A stretch of 64,000 bases of DNA from Tubulanus polymorphus (lineage: Eukaryota > Animalia > Nemertea), in assembly GCF_964204645.1 (NCBI RefSeq), contig NC_134028.1, forward strand, positions 13,253,263 to 13,317,262. The letters run 5' to 3'. The position numbers and the translations under genes are program-made. The notes below the pieces were generated by a model. It was not told where the DNA came from and searched no databases. It saw nothing but the letters and a program-made list of their open reading frames with translations. Numbering within the stretch: the stretch's first letter is position 1; each line of letters opens with the position of its first letter. Positions 1 through 12,780 of the stretch are shown here, piece after piece.

Positions 1-84
1 CAAAATCCCAGGGCAGTGTAGAAACAGATGAAGCATCTACAATAAGTACAGAAGACAGTGTAACAATAATAAGTTCAAAACATG

Positions 85-515
85 CCATTTTGAACAAAAA
101 GTGGGTCATAAGTCAGCCATCTTGAATTGGAGAAGTTCCGAGAACAAAACAGTTCCATTCAATATTATCATACACATACACCATAAAAATGTCATTAATT
201 TATCCCAAAAGTAGATTGCGTCGGCCATCTTGAATCGGATAAGTCCCCAAAACAATAAGGTTTTATATCATACTATCATACACATCTAATATAAATTTCA
301 TGAAATTTTCTCAAACGATTTTTTAGTTATCACGTACATGTGTGAAAAATAGGTCATAATTCGGCCATCTTGAATCATAGATTCCCCAAAAGAGTTCCCC
401 ACCATACCACCATACATGCACATACCATAACAATTTCATGAAATCATGTCAAATGGTTTTTGATGTTTCGTGTACACAGAGAGTGTCAAAAGTAAGTCAT
501 AAGTCGGCCATGTGG
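85..515 (+). repeat. Degenerate ~110-140 bp tandem core repeats (HINE-type) with GGCCATCTTGAAT motif
   Basis: gccatcttgaat-like motif recurs at ~116, 225, 364 and 506 with similar flanks. Confidence 0.55.
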
Positions 516-601
516 AAAGAGGTCCACAGTAAATTGGAAATGGAAAGCAGTATCGTCGACGCATAAAACAGGCAAGGGACGCTTAATCTGGTCACAATTG
601 T

Positions 602-1470
602 AACAAGAGCTCCAAGGGGCACTATGGCCAGCCTGTCAGCTTTTCATAAAATGACAAATGATGATGCATTCTGTGGGTTAAATTTGTCAAAATACACTCC
701 CAGCTCAGAGTCAATACCTAATAATTTACACAATAAAATCGTAGAATACAAAAGAAGCACAGGCAGCGACTGGATCTGGCAGGAACAAATACCTCAGATA
801 AAATCTTTTCCCTTGGTCTTATTGATTTTAATGCCGAATAGAATTGAATTTTCTGAAATTTGCTCAATAAAACAAAATTGAATTGGAATTGATGTTTTCA
901 TTTGTTCAATTAAGTAAAATTGAATTGAATTTGATACTTTTTTTGCGGAATAAAATTTGATTGAATTTGTAGTTTGAGCACATGGCTAATAAGCATATTA
1001 AGGTCATCTATCTGATTTAAGAAAAAGCTATTTTTCCCAGACTTTGCACAATGTTCAATGATATTTTCTGTAGTGCTAATAAAAATATTCTTCCCAAAAA
1101 CCAAATCAACTAAAGCTTTCACAGAAATCGATCTTGAAATACAATTGAAGATCTTAAAATAAAACATGGTAGACGATACCACCGGTTCACGTGAACACCT
1201 GCTGATTTCTGCGACTAAGCCAATCATAGAGGAGTCTTTGCTTTCTGATTGGCTTTTCAAAACCAATATTTTTGCGATCAGATTTTCGTGAAAAAGCTCA
1301 TATAAATTTTAACGAGGCCCTCTTTCAAAATTCAGCTACGTAGAGTTTGGAGAATGCATAATGCTTTAATGAATGATTTGTATGAATATGTGCTCAGTTG
1401 CCCAGTAAAAGAGCCTTTACTCTGGAAACCGTGTCATTTAAATTTGCTCCATTTGTAGTGAATGCCAATT
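602..1470 (+). mobile_element. HINE family B, partial copy
   Basis: Starts aacaagagctccaaggggcactatggccagcctgtcag, as at 29988. Internal blocks match 30630-30900 and 32790-33065. Confidence 0.7.
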
Positions 1471-3574
1471 ACAAAGCCTATAAAAGATTATTGTGCACTG
1501 GTACAAATCGGATAACAAAACGATTGTCAACCACAAACCCTATCACTGTTTTCCGTTCTTTTGATATTAGAATAGGGATTGGCCATTATTTATTCGGTTG
1601 GTAAATTTCGTTTGATTTTTGTATAAACCAACCACACCAGTTTGATTTAAAGATACCAGTTGCAGACAAAGAAATAGCAGGAATTAGGAATAGTGTATAC
1701 ATGAAATTGCATATTTTGATTTTTAAAAATATCAAATTAATTGATTTGCTAGTGTAATTGACTGCAGTGATGGCAACTAGTAACTGTTGATTGGTTAAGC
1801 AGCCAACTTTAGAGCACATTGATGCTATTAGGCTACCCAAACTAATTGTCTCTGTGAGAGTCTCTGTGAGTTCACGGAACAAAGTGTTCACCTTGTGCAT
1901 CTGTGCTCAAAATGAGACAATTGATCGAATAGACACTAGTCCTTAAACACAGGCAGTCGCTAGAATGATTGGCAGTTGTTTTGAAGGGAGCCAATTTCCT
2001 GGAGACTTAAACTGGGCCACCCGTCCGAGGCAAATTTTCACGCGATGCACACTGACTGCAGTAGGCCTACATTTAAATATAGCCACTGATCACAGCTTTC
2101 ATACTATGATTGATATCAGACGAGATATTTCATAGCCGTCGCAGGATTCTTACTCAGTCGGATGCGATGGCCGACGGCTTATTTTGAATGAGTATTTTGA
2201 AAGCCCCGTAAATTACACAGTACACACGGCGATTGATTGGATAAATTGAATTGAAACACATCGCACGAGTAAACGCACAATTTATGAAATTTTTATGGTC
2301 TATGACAGTGTACCTTTACTTCTTCATCCTGTAAACTATATCATCAGCACTCTACGATATAAATAATTACTTACTGCGTAAAATAAATGCTAAATCGAAA
2401 GAAAATCTAACAGTCTAATGTCATTCAGCACGGCACCGGGTCTGGGCCAATTAAATTGTGCGCGCCACGACGATGTAGCGGATCGATTGAATCTCCAGTT
2501 TTTTTATGGCCTTACATTGATTGACAGCGGGAGATCAGCTAACTGCAGGGAGCATTTATTTTACATCAATTTAACAATGTGCAACGGCCTTCTGGACGTT
2601 TTATGAAACAATATGCTCCTTGGAATTTTTCTTAAAATCGCCAAAATTCGTCGATTTCTCTTAAATGAACGCGAAATTCAAAATTCCATTTCCAACAGAT
2701 TTTAGCCACATGATCAAGCTACATGTTGCACATAAAAATTGTAGATTGCATGACTTTGGGTCAAAGTTACAACCTCATTTGTTAGCAAAAAATTCGATTT
2801 TTGGACCCATTACAACATCTATAATACTATACTAAATATAAATCAAAATTTGGATAGAAGATGTATGAGGTTGACAAAATGCGCCTGCGGATATGTGAGA
2901 GTGCTGCATATACTATCATTGCCGTGTCACTGTGCTATATATAGACTCGCTCAGGTGATTACTAACACACACAGCCATATATTGTTACCTATATTCGCAC
3001 ACACGCGGCTGACTGCTGACGCGCGTATAAACAAATGTACTAGCAACGCAGTATTAGATTGACCGCAATTTCACAAGTCAGAATACATCCATCAACAAAA
3101 TGTCAAAAAAATACAATATACTGATTTTTTTTCTAGAAATCAAAACAAATACCGGCTATGATTTTTTTTCTTAAGTATACAAATAAACACCGACTTGGAA
3201 GACAGACTACGAACCCTGCCATTGGTATCGTCATACTTGCTAGTTCAGATACTGAAATTAAATAGCCTACTCGCTTATATTCGTGACAACGAACAAATTA
3301 TGAGCTAACGTACGATACCTAGTCGAATAAATTGCCCGCCATTTTGTTTTGGGTTTCACATCAGGCTTTGCCAATGGGCTTCCCCAATTACATCAGACGC
3401 ATTACATTACTTCGTGCTAAAAAGCAGGTGGACTGAGGGTGATATCAGCCATGAACATTCCAACTACTGTAGCGTAAACATATAAAATAGTAATTCAGGT
3501 AGTGACTGCTGTTGTCCATAGGTAGCGTAGTTGTAGTCACTCTGCTGTGCCGGGGCGCTCGCTACAAGGGTCCG

Positions 3575-4232
3575 CCTGGGTCGACCTCACTCGGGTAGTG
3601 AATACGGCAAGGAGACTCTTGTCTTCCCCAGGAAAGTAAATGGTACAAAATATGTAGAATATGTTCCTCTATTGAAAAATGTCGCTAAAAAGGGCGCTTA
3701 AGCAGTACGCTCTCCTCCAAACAGTCGCCTCCCTACTCCACGTAGCCTTAATCTGTGTGGCCAATACAGACCCCCCAACCCGCTCTCCTCAGAGTAATCC
3801 GCTTTAGAGGCTTTCCTCATACGAAACTCGCAGTGTTGATTACTCGGCGGATATGGCTACCCCCATTCCAAGTGCCCTCTCGCACATAGCTGTCCCCCGT
3901 CATCCTGGGTCGACCTCACTCGGGTAGTGAATACGGCAAGGAGACTCTTGTCTTCCCCAGGAAAGTAAATGGTACAAAATATGTAGAATATGTTCCTCTA
4001 TTGAAAAATGTCGCTAAAAAGGGCGCTTAAGCAGTACGCTCTCCTCCAAACAGTCGCCTCCCTACTCCACGTAGCCTTAATCTGTGTGGCCAATACAGAC
4101 CCCCCAACCCGCTCTCCTCAGAGTAATCCGCTTTAGAGGCTATCCTCATACGAAACTCGCAGTGTTGATTACTCGGCGGATATGGCTACCCCCATTCCAA
4201 GTGCCCTCTCGCACATAGCTGTCCCCCGTCAT
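3575..4232. repeat. 329-bp near-perfect tandem duplication
   Basis: 3575-3903 is repeated at 3904-4232; only one substitution noticed (ctttcc/ctatcc). Confidence 0.9.
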
Positions 4233-4685
4233 CTCAGGAGCTAATTGCGACTCATGCCAGATCTGTCAAACTAGTCGTATGCATAAGTGTTGTACGTAGC
4301 GACGGTCAATAGGGGAACGATCCTCACGTAGAACTAAATGGGTTCGATGCAGCAGGAAAACAACAGAAATCCTCGTCCTTTCTTCCAGTGCTGGCGAATC
4401 AAATAAACGCAATATTCGAAGTTTGATTGGAATGTAGTACGAATTATTAAATATATATATATTTTCTTATAATACAAAGTTCATCGTTCTTGATGCCAAG
4501 GGGCCATCATGTCCACACGCAAAACACCTTGATTCTTTACATTTCGATATATAAAAAGAATGTGCCCTTCATGGCTTGCAAAGCCTTGGTACAGTCAATG
4601 TACGGTAGCATACAAAAGAGACGACCGAACGTCAAATAGAAGCGGTGGCTCTGGCGTGTATCTAATATAACTTAGGTCTCAGTAA

Positions 4686-4948
4686 ACGAGCGTTGAAGCT
4701 AATCAACGATTAAGATGTTAACGACGGAGCGTCAAATATTTAACAACGAGCGTGGTCGTTAATCAACGATAAGAATTATACGACGGAGCGTCAAATGGTT
4801 AACGACGAGCGTTGTCTTCAATCAACGATAAGAATTATACGACGGAGCGTCAAATAGTTAACGACGAGCGTTGTCGTTAATCAACGATAAGAATTATACG
4901 ACGGGGCGTCAAATAGTTAACGACGAGCGTTGTCGTTTATCAACGACA
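4686..4948. repeat. ~59-bp minisatellite, ~4.5 copies
   Basis: Unit acgagcgttgtcgttaatcaacgataagaattatacgacggagcgtcaaatagttaacg. Confidence 0.85.
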
Positions 4949-5069
4949 GCACGCCAAATTCAAAATGTCGTTGACGCGACCTCGAAGAGTCGAAATTCAG
5001 AGGCGACGTCAAGGAGATGAAACGACCGCGTGTTCGTTCGAAAAAGGAGTTAGTGAATACAGGCGATTT

Positions 5070-6120
5070 TCATGGTCAGCAGAAACGACATCTCGGAGTA
5101 AAATTACGGAAATAGCACAGAAGATATACTATACTATTATTATTACCATTACTATTAGTAATTACAGCGACGAGAGCGTTAAGATGGCATCGTCAAAGGA
5201 TTGAATTTAAACAGACGATGAACTGACGGAGAATTTACAATATTTACAGGATTGTAAGTGACGAGTTTATCGGCAGCCCATGGCCGACGACTACACGGCC
5301 CCCCGTGACTCACTGAGGGCGGGATGTCAAAAACCACTGCAGCGATCCCGGGGTCAGACGACCCGGAGGCCCGTGTCTTAAATAGAAAGTAAAATTGTCT
5401 TCTTACATGATCTGTACGATTTACAGCGTCCGATTCGTAAAACGGTGAAGAGGCAGCAAGAAAGAGTTTCTAATGTGGCTCTGCCAGAGCCAAGTTGCCA
5501 ATGAGCGCGATTGCGCTAAATTTATAGTTTTCATGCGGTCAACGCACGCGGTGATTGGTCAAGCGTGACGAGCAGTGATACGCTCCGCGGACAAAGTAGA
5601 GCACGCGAAATCATTCGACTGTGACGAATGATAAAACCCTAAATAAAGACTTCATACCCGAGAGATAGAATTAAGTTCTATAATATTTTAAGATTAACGC
5701 GAAAAACGACGACTATAAGACCGATACGGGGATATTTACTACAAATAAACCGGAGTAAACCGCACCACCGCGAAAACGCTCACACGGAAGTGAGGCGGCG
5801 CCAGCGAGCGGCTTCGTAAAAACGAGCGTAAACACGAACAGGGCTGGAGAATTCTCCGGCGACGAGACGGAACCAAAACGGCCCAAAATCAAAGAAGTTG
5901 GGTCTCAAATATAAAAAGGTGAAGATACACTAATAGGTAGGTGGAGAATAAAAGAATGGCCTGGACAGGCGCCGAAAAATCGCTAATATCACCGCGATGT
6001 GGCGTGGCCAACACCGCGGGGGCCTGCCCAGGTCGTAAAATTGGAATCTGACAGAACTGCCAAAAATCTGTCAGATTGAAATTGAGCCGAAAAGATCCCG
6101 AAACATCGCCGCAGAACACT
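5070..6120 (+). pseudogene. Decayed Gypsy-like LTR retrotransposon: PBS and gag remnant
   Basis: PBS-like TGGTCAGCAGAA at ~5073 (cf. iMet PBS TGGTAGCAGAG). MAS.. start at ~5184. Degenerate gag zinc knuckle PRCG...ACPG....QNCQK at ~5990-6070. Confidence 0.45.
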
Positions 6121-6129
6121 CAGCCCCGT

Positions 6130-8360
6130 CCCGGAATACGTACATCTAAAAAGAAACAATGAGAAAAGAACGGCTTAAGGCCATTCCGAAATACATAATA
6201 TAATTTCACCAAAGACCGACATTTTGTGGTCAAACCCACCCCAGATATAGACAATTTTCGCCACACTACTATATGACTCTACAACTCTTTGAGGGCTAAC
6301 ATCACCAAGTTGCCCGAATTCAGCATTAGGCAAGATGGCCAAAGGTTATGAAGCAGATTTCGGCCTGCTGTTAACCGAATGAATTTTCTTGAAATCCATT
6401 GAAGGCATCAATGAAGCTAGCCCAATCATTCATGAAACCTCCCTCTGTAGTCGAGGTGGTTTTAATTTGGGTGGAAGGGTTAGTAATAGTCCCCAGTTGT
6501 GAGCATTTCTAAGCCAAGACACCAAGCAGATTCCATTAGGGGGCTGGACCTTGATTTGGACAAAACTTGTGAGTTTTGGGATCCAGAACTCACTGAGTGA
6601 GTGAGGTATCTCGTGGAACCTCTTGGTCGCTGAGTTAGCACACATTCGTGTAAAAAGACAAATTCCTGAACGACCAGCTACTTTTCATGGCATCCTCTCT
6701 GTTGTAAGCTGACTCTATGATCTATTTGGCTGGCTGGCATCCTTCATTTTACCAGCGAAGATGCTGCTGCAGAATTTATGCCTGCATAAGGCTGATTGTG
6801 ACAAAGAATTGACTGCAGATGAAATATGTAAGTGGAAAAATGGTTACAGGACATTTCTGACCTTAATCAGATCCGTGTTTTACCAGCAAAGATGCTGCTA
6901 CAAAATTTATACCTTCATAACGCCAATTGTGACAAAGAATTGAATGCACATGAAATGTGTAAATGGAAAAAATGATTACAGGACATTTCCGACCTAAATC
7001 AAATCTGTTTACTGCATGGCTACAAGGAGGCTGGCTTCGGGAAGGTCACGAATTGCGCAATACGCCTGTTTCTAATGTTTCGGAGATCAATAATGGGACG
7101 TCTCACAGATATCTCAGGCGACGTCTCATGTGTGCTTATGTTAGCCAAGTCAAGGGTCGTTTCCTTGAAGTCTTTCTATTCCGTGCCTAGAGTTACCTGC
7201 TAGTGCTACGTCCTAAGGGATAGTACTATTGTGTTATGCTACATCAGGAATGAATCGTCTCGGTACAAAACCGTCGCAAATCCTGTGGTCGCTATTGATT
7301 TAAACTTTGATGTCAGAATATTGACAGGTAGAGTGTAAGCTTAGATTTTACTGTTAAGTAAGATTATTGGTTCCGGGAACAAATTTCTCTGTCAGTCATC
7401 TGAAAATTAGCCAGACCCACCGCGGGAGAATATTGCTCAATATAGTTGATCAGACCTGCCAACCTGACTACTTACCAAATCCTAACAAATTACTTTTAAA
7501 AGAGTAACACTGATACCCTTAAGAGTAACATGACCCCCAAAGCCCCTTTTCCCTTTGAACATTGCATGGAATAATCTACCAGCATGATCGCTTGCTGAAA
7601 GTGGGATGTTGTGTTCGACGAGGAATATAGTGAATAACAACTCTGCACGTAGAGTATCACTCACGAAATCATTATTCGTGGGTTTTTCTTGAAGTACTAG
7701 CTTATTCTGCAATTATCGGCACTGTCTTTATGTTTTCCAGTAGCAATATGATGTTTAATATCAGTGATACCACCATGGCACATCGATGTCAACACCACAC
7801 GACAGGACATGCAGCACGCGTGGAATCGACTCTTTTGAGATCTTTTGATGAACGAGTAGTCAGTAGTATACGAGGAAAAAGTTTTTTTTACCTGAGCGAA
7901 TTTTTTTTTTCAGGCGGTTCATTGTCATTTGACACTGCTGCCGATGAAATATTCCCAAATTATAATTCATCGAACAATTCCTCAGTCGCGTCCACCATGT
8001 TTAATATCTTTGAAGCTAATTTCTAACCGAAACCGTCCAAAACAGAAGCAACTAATTTTATTCATTGACACTTTACGTTATGTAAACACATCAGCGTTAC
8101 ATAACAATATAACGATAACAATAATAAGATTAAGAAAGGAAACAATTTCTGAGTCGGGATCGTAGCTATTACGATTTTTTGGTAACAGTTGACAGGTCTG
8201 ATTGATGAATCCGCTAGGGATAGTTGGGCTCTTTGGGGGGTGATCGAGACGAGACCTGGTGATAAGGGTTTGGTTCGACAGGACGTAGTGAAAACTGCCC
8301 ATATCAAGTGAGTCAGACCTGTTCATCAATCAGTAACCCTGCTCGAGGCGGATCATTAGT
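6130..8360 (+). pseudogene. Decayed BEL/Pao LTR retrotransposon pol
   Basis: Frame-broken motifs CSRGGFNL..VSNS; T.HGILSVVS..YDLFGWLASFILPAKMLLQNLC (Pao peptidase A17 region); AKSRV..LK...P.LEL. C-terminal IVDESARDSWAL...PGDKGLVRQ.VVKTA...RPVH is rejoined across the hAT insertion. Confidence 0.85.
7451..8200 (-). mobile_element. Internally deleted hAT element with transposase remnant
   Basis: TIRs cagacctgccaac / gttgacaggtctg. 6-bp TSD gttgat/attgat. Remnant LRAELLFTIFLVEHNIPLSASDHAGRLFHAMF is typical of ZNF862-like hAT transposases. Interrupts the BEL frame. Confidence 0.8.
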
Positions 8361-9180
8361 CTGGACAAGTTATCCTGTTATATCTTAGATGTTAGACGTT
8401 ATGAGCTGATTATTGAGTTCATTGAGTATTGTTTAATTTTGATACAGTTTAACTGGCGAAAGTCCCGATTTTTCAGTTCATTTTCCGATCAAAATCTGTC
8501 TCAGTCAGATTCCAGAAGTCAGAAATTCGGCTCAGTCAGCTAAAACATATGCTCCGAATGTTTCAAAACAATGCATTTTTCAATCTCTAAGCCAGTGGGC
8601 TAATTTCAGATCTGTTAAACACATGTTTACAATGGTAGTCTGCTATAGAACAGAGTATTGACCCCGTGTCACTCAGTTGTTAGGGTTCAGGGTTTTAATC
8701 TGCAGCTAATTCCGATTCTTCTTAAAAAAACCCCAAAATCTGACTTATTCATTATCGGAATTTTTCAGACATCTTCCGGCGGTCCCAATGACTTACGCCA
8801 GTACTACTGCATTATGTACTGTGGAAATATATGTATTGTTTCGGGGCATTGCTATGTAATTTTTTGATAGGTGAAAATCGTAATCATGTAAGAAGGGGTA
8901 TATGCATCATTTTGGTAAGCTTTGACCATGTATTTGTATCAAAAGTTTAGTTGTTAGTTTACTTACGCCTATATTTCTTTATAGATACTTAAAATACGTA
9001 GTTTAATACCATATTGTATATGAATCTGGCTGCTGTAGGGGGCAGCACCCTATATAGCATTATCACGTGGCAGTAGCATTCTTTTCTCATCTTAGTATTT
9101 TTGTTGTTCCCATTATCTTAATCCATTGTATCCCTACATCCTAATTGGGCCAAAAAGGAATGTAATCAGCTCACACTTAC

Positions 9181-9376
9181 CTGAAATGGATTGAAGTCCA
9201 TGGCCACAACTGCACCAGTGTGTTTATCACTTTTGTAGACTAAAGGCTCATCACTGCTTAAGATTTTACTGGGGTTCCACATAAATAAATTTCCATTATC
9301 ACCACCTCCACATAACACACCCGATGAACTATCTGGACTAGACATACCATGAGAACTCCATGCTAACTTGTGAAAC
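9181..9376 (-). CDS. SEC31A: SEC31 coding exon 3
   Basis: 196-nt exon, CAG/GTAAG boundaries, in phase. Encodes (R)FHKLAWSSHGMSSPDSSSGVLCGGGDNGNLFMWNPSKILSSDEPLVYKSDKHTGAVVAMDFNPFQ, a Sec31 WD40 repeat ending HTG.V.A.D.N.FQ. I did not find the next exon, so it presumably lies left of the window. Confidence 0.95.
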
Positions 9377-9459
9377 CTGATGATATTTTCAAATGTCTAT
9401 AATATCTCAAAGTGCATTGTACAATCTTAATATCCAGTTAACAGTAGAATGTTTCTTAC

Positions 9460-9549
9460 CGGCAATCTGTATTGATACTCCCAGCAAGATTCAGTTCCTT
9501 CCCATTATCAGCTAAGTTCAATCCATATATTTCAAGAGCAGCATTTGTA
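9460..9549 (-). CDS. SEC31A: SEC31 coding exon 2
   Basis: 90-nt exon with CAG acceptor and GTAAG donor, phase-compatible with exon 1. Encodes (S)TNAALEIYGLNLADNGKELNLAGSINTDC(R), cf. Sec31 STNASLEIF.LDL. Confidence 0.93.
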
Positions 9550-9566
9550 CTGAAATGCAAATTACA

Positions 9567-9780
9567 AACTAGGGGTCCAGGGACACCATGCCCACCTGTG
9601 AAGTGGTTTCACATGTTCAACAATCTAATAATTTCAATATTCAATGCCCCCCTGGTGACCATATACAAAAACCAATGACCTTGAAACTCACCAAAATCAC
9701 AAGACATGTAACGAGCTATAATTTTGCAGCTCAGTCAATTTGATATTTCATTGCTAAGAATAACTCCAGGGTTTTCCCCA
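9567..9780 (+). mobile_element. HINE family C, 5' fragment in SEC31 intron
   Basis: aactaggggtccagggacaccatg start and a core repeat match 41718 onward. Confidence 0.75.
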
Positions 9781-10139
9781 TAGCTAAGAATACTCACTCG
9801 CTGTCAGATCGTTGCGCATTTTGATTTCGACATACAAACATGGAGCAGTGGTTTAAAGCAGGGATTGAAAGGTACAGTTTTTTATTCAGTAACAGGAGAA
9901 AGGAATTTTGCACTAATAACAGTCATTTCAAAGCATGGTGCTTAACAGTTACAAAATATTACACAAACTAAACGATAGGCTACAACAGACTAACTGTACC
10001 GGAACGGAACAGGGACCGTATAGCAAATTCAACTGATAAAAATATTTAATTACACATTAAGTTGATGAAACCACATGAACATTTTGGCGATTTTTTCTCA
10101 GTTTCCACTTTTAACATCCGATTTCAATGTCCTATATAA

Positions 10140-12760
10140 ATCTAAATATCTCTTAGATTGGGGATAGTAAATGGTCCATGACCCTGGATCGTTATTGGTC
10201 CGTAGAACAAAAGAAGTCTGGGTACAGAATCTCTGTCTTCTCGTTTCGGCCAATCAAATTTGTCTGCGCCAGTTCTGTACATGAATTTCATATCGATTGA
10301 TTCGTCACTTATCGCAAGAACTAGTCCCACGTAAAAACACTTGTCGTAATAAACTGCATGATATTCACCAATCTACAAATATGATTTTCATCAACATGCT
10401 TTATTTTCATTTCAGAATTGAGATAACGGCAGAGTGACCACCTGAGCAGGCAGAATATCTATCTTAACGAATAAACATTTTACATACGTTAACATTGATT
10501 AATTTTGTCACTTCTGTTTCACTCAATTCATCTATCTGTATGCCCTGAAAAATCATCAGGTAGCGGGGTGATTTCTTCATTCATCGGGACAACTAGTACA
10601 ACTTCGTCAGTTTTTTTATGTTGATGATCGCCCTCTTCATTTTCAGATAGGTCTGTGTCGCGTGTACAAAGTGTTAACATTTCGGGCTTAAGCTCACCGA
10701 CATTTTCTTTGTTCAAACATGACCCCTGTTTTTCATCGCAACATACTTCACAGAAACAACTGTAATCACGTACACGCAGAGTATAGGGAGCCGGACCTTT
10801 GATAAACGCATGTCGGCGGGCGGCATCCTTTCATCGTGTGGATATTGGTATAGGGACGGTCCCTGGGTATGTCATTTCCATTTACATACAAAAATGAACG
10901 TTTCGAAAGTGGGTGTTCTGAGGTTAGATTTTCCTGGCAATATGAATACATATCCCAAGCATTTGTGATAACAATACCCGACGCAATCGCGCGATCCAAA
11001 CTTCTGTTTATGACCCCAATTTCCCCCTCCCCCTCCCCCTTACCATGTTCGGAACCAAAATAATGTCGCTCCATTGGTATATCGGTTAACGACAGATCAG
11101 CGAATGTGCCTTTTCCCTTATATTGCGCGCCACAGCCATCAGAAAATGCAATCAATTTTTCTATTTTCACTTCTTTGGCAATTTGCTCCAATGATTTTTC
11201 GATGAAATGATTTACGGCGTGATAATCGTGTTTCCTGTCATCTGACAAGATCACCCACGCATGACATATTAATTGCCTATGATCACTGTGATGGTAATAG
11301 TAGACACATGGGTGCATTGTTATTTGTGACTTTCCAAAATACGCTGCTTTTATTTCGTCCTGGAATTTGATTTCTCGATTTTTGGCTAAGTCACAAATAA
11401 CAATGGCCCAATCAGATGGTAAGTGTTCTTTCAGTGTTCTATATTGATACCACTGTCACCTAGCTGTGTGCCTCGGGAATGATACCCCTCCACTGTTGCC
11501 AAAGTCACATGTTAGTTCGTCGATTAGATATTTGACGCTACTCTGTTTTACAATGAGTATATATTTCGCTTGGGATGATTTGGAATTTGTATCAACCCTT
11601 TTTTCCCAGTGGGTCCACGTAACCATACGATGGGAGGGTGTGTCAATAATTCATCAATTCTGGCGCTATAGTCCTTGCAATTCATGCAAGAACCATTAAT
11701 GCGTGCTGGGGAATTAAACCGAGTCCCATCTGATTTCAGACATAATATCTTGTCAATAAATGCAAATTCACTTTCGAAACGCGCAGCTCCGATAACAGCT
11801 AGGGCTTTCAAATTATAACGGATATTTTCACAGTAAATACATGTACATGTATTCAACACATTTGATATTTTCTGTACATTTTTCGACCTTAACAATGCGA
11901 ATTTAGTTGAACCAATTTTTATTTCGGGGTTTTCTTTCCGGAATAACTGGTAGGCTGTCATAATTGATGTTTGCATCATATAGCCCGGCCCTGATTTGGT
12001 TGCGTATCTTTTGTCCGGAAGGACACGTGACACATCTTCTCGGTAATAGAAGCTCTCGATGGCTTGCTCATGAATTGGCGAAAGCCCTACCCTACATTTC
12101 CGATAACCACCGCCTATTATGGCCCGCGTAATCGTCTGTCGGTTTATCTTATATGTTATTGAAAGATAGCGCTTACTTTTCTCTCTACATTTCTTAGCGA
12201 TTTTCTGTATAGCCGATTTCGAGTAATTCGACTTTCCTTGGCAGGACAAATTGATAGTGCTATCTTCTTTGCCGAATTCATTGGCCAGCTTATTGACTAC
12301 TAATGATCGTTTTCGGGGGGACTTAGGGAGTGATTTTTTCGCTTTGGCTACAGCGTTATATTCGGATCGTTTAGCTTCAAAGGGGGAGTCCTTTGACATG
12401 GGAGTAGTTGGGGCTATCTTTTTATTTTCATGATAACGTTTCCGTTGTTTTTCCACTATTCTTTGTTTTTTTTTTAGAACTAATTCGCAACCTTTCTTCG
12501 CGCTTTTTTACGCGCCAGTATTCGCGCTTTTGTTCAAGTTTTGAACGTGTGGTCTTTTTTGGGGGATTCAATACCACCCGGGGACTCCAACCTTAAGATT
12601 TAGTACAGTTTTTTTCCACTTTTTTTTCCCTTGATTTTTTATTTTGTATTCTGGCCTTTTCCAGTATATCGATGTTTTTCATAATCGCAGAAGGCGACGT
12701 TTTTTTTTACTAAGCTCTTTTTTGAGAGCCGCCTGCCGCTCTCGGGCCGCTAACTTGTGC
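10140..12760 (-). pseudogene. Sola-type (Sola2-like) DDD transposase pseudogene
   Basis: Motifs FYYREDVSRVLP, CTCIYCEN, LSDDRKHDYHAV, FSDGCGAQYK, YFGSEHGKGEGEG, CFCEVC and C-terminal FDWPKRED. Several stops and frameshifts. Confidence 0.75.
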
Positions 12761-12780
12761 TTTTCTAGATATATTTAAAT

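Noticed and set aside
1586-1900. Minus-strand ORF as the next SEC31 exon
   Set aside because: Does not resemble the expected .NLLASGA..SEI.IWDL sequence.
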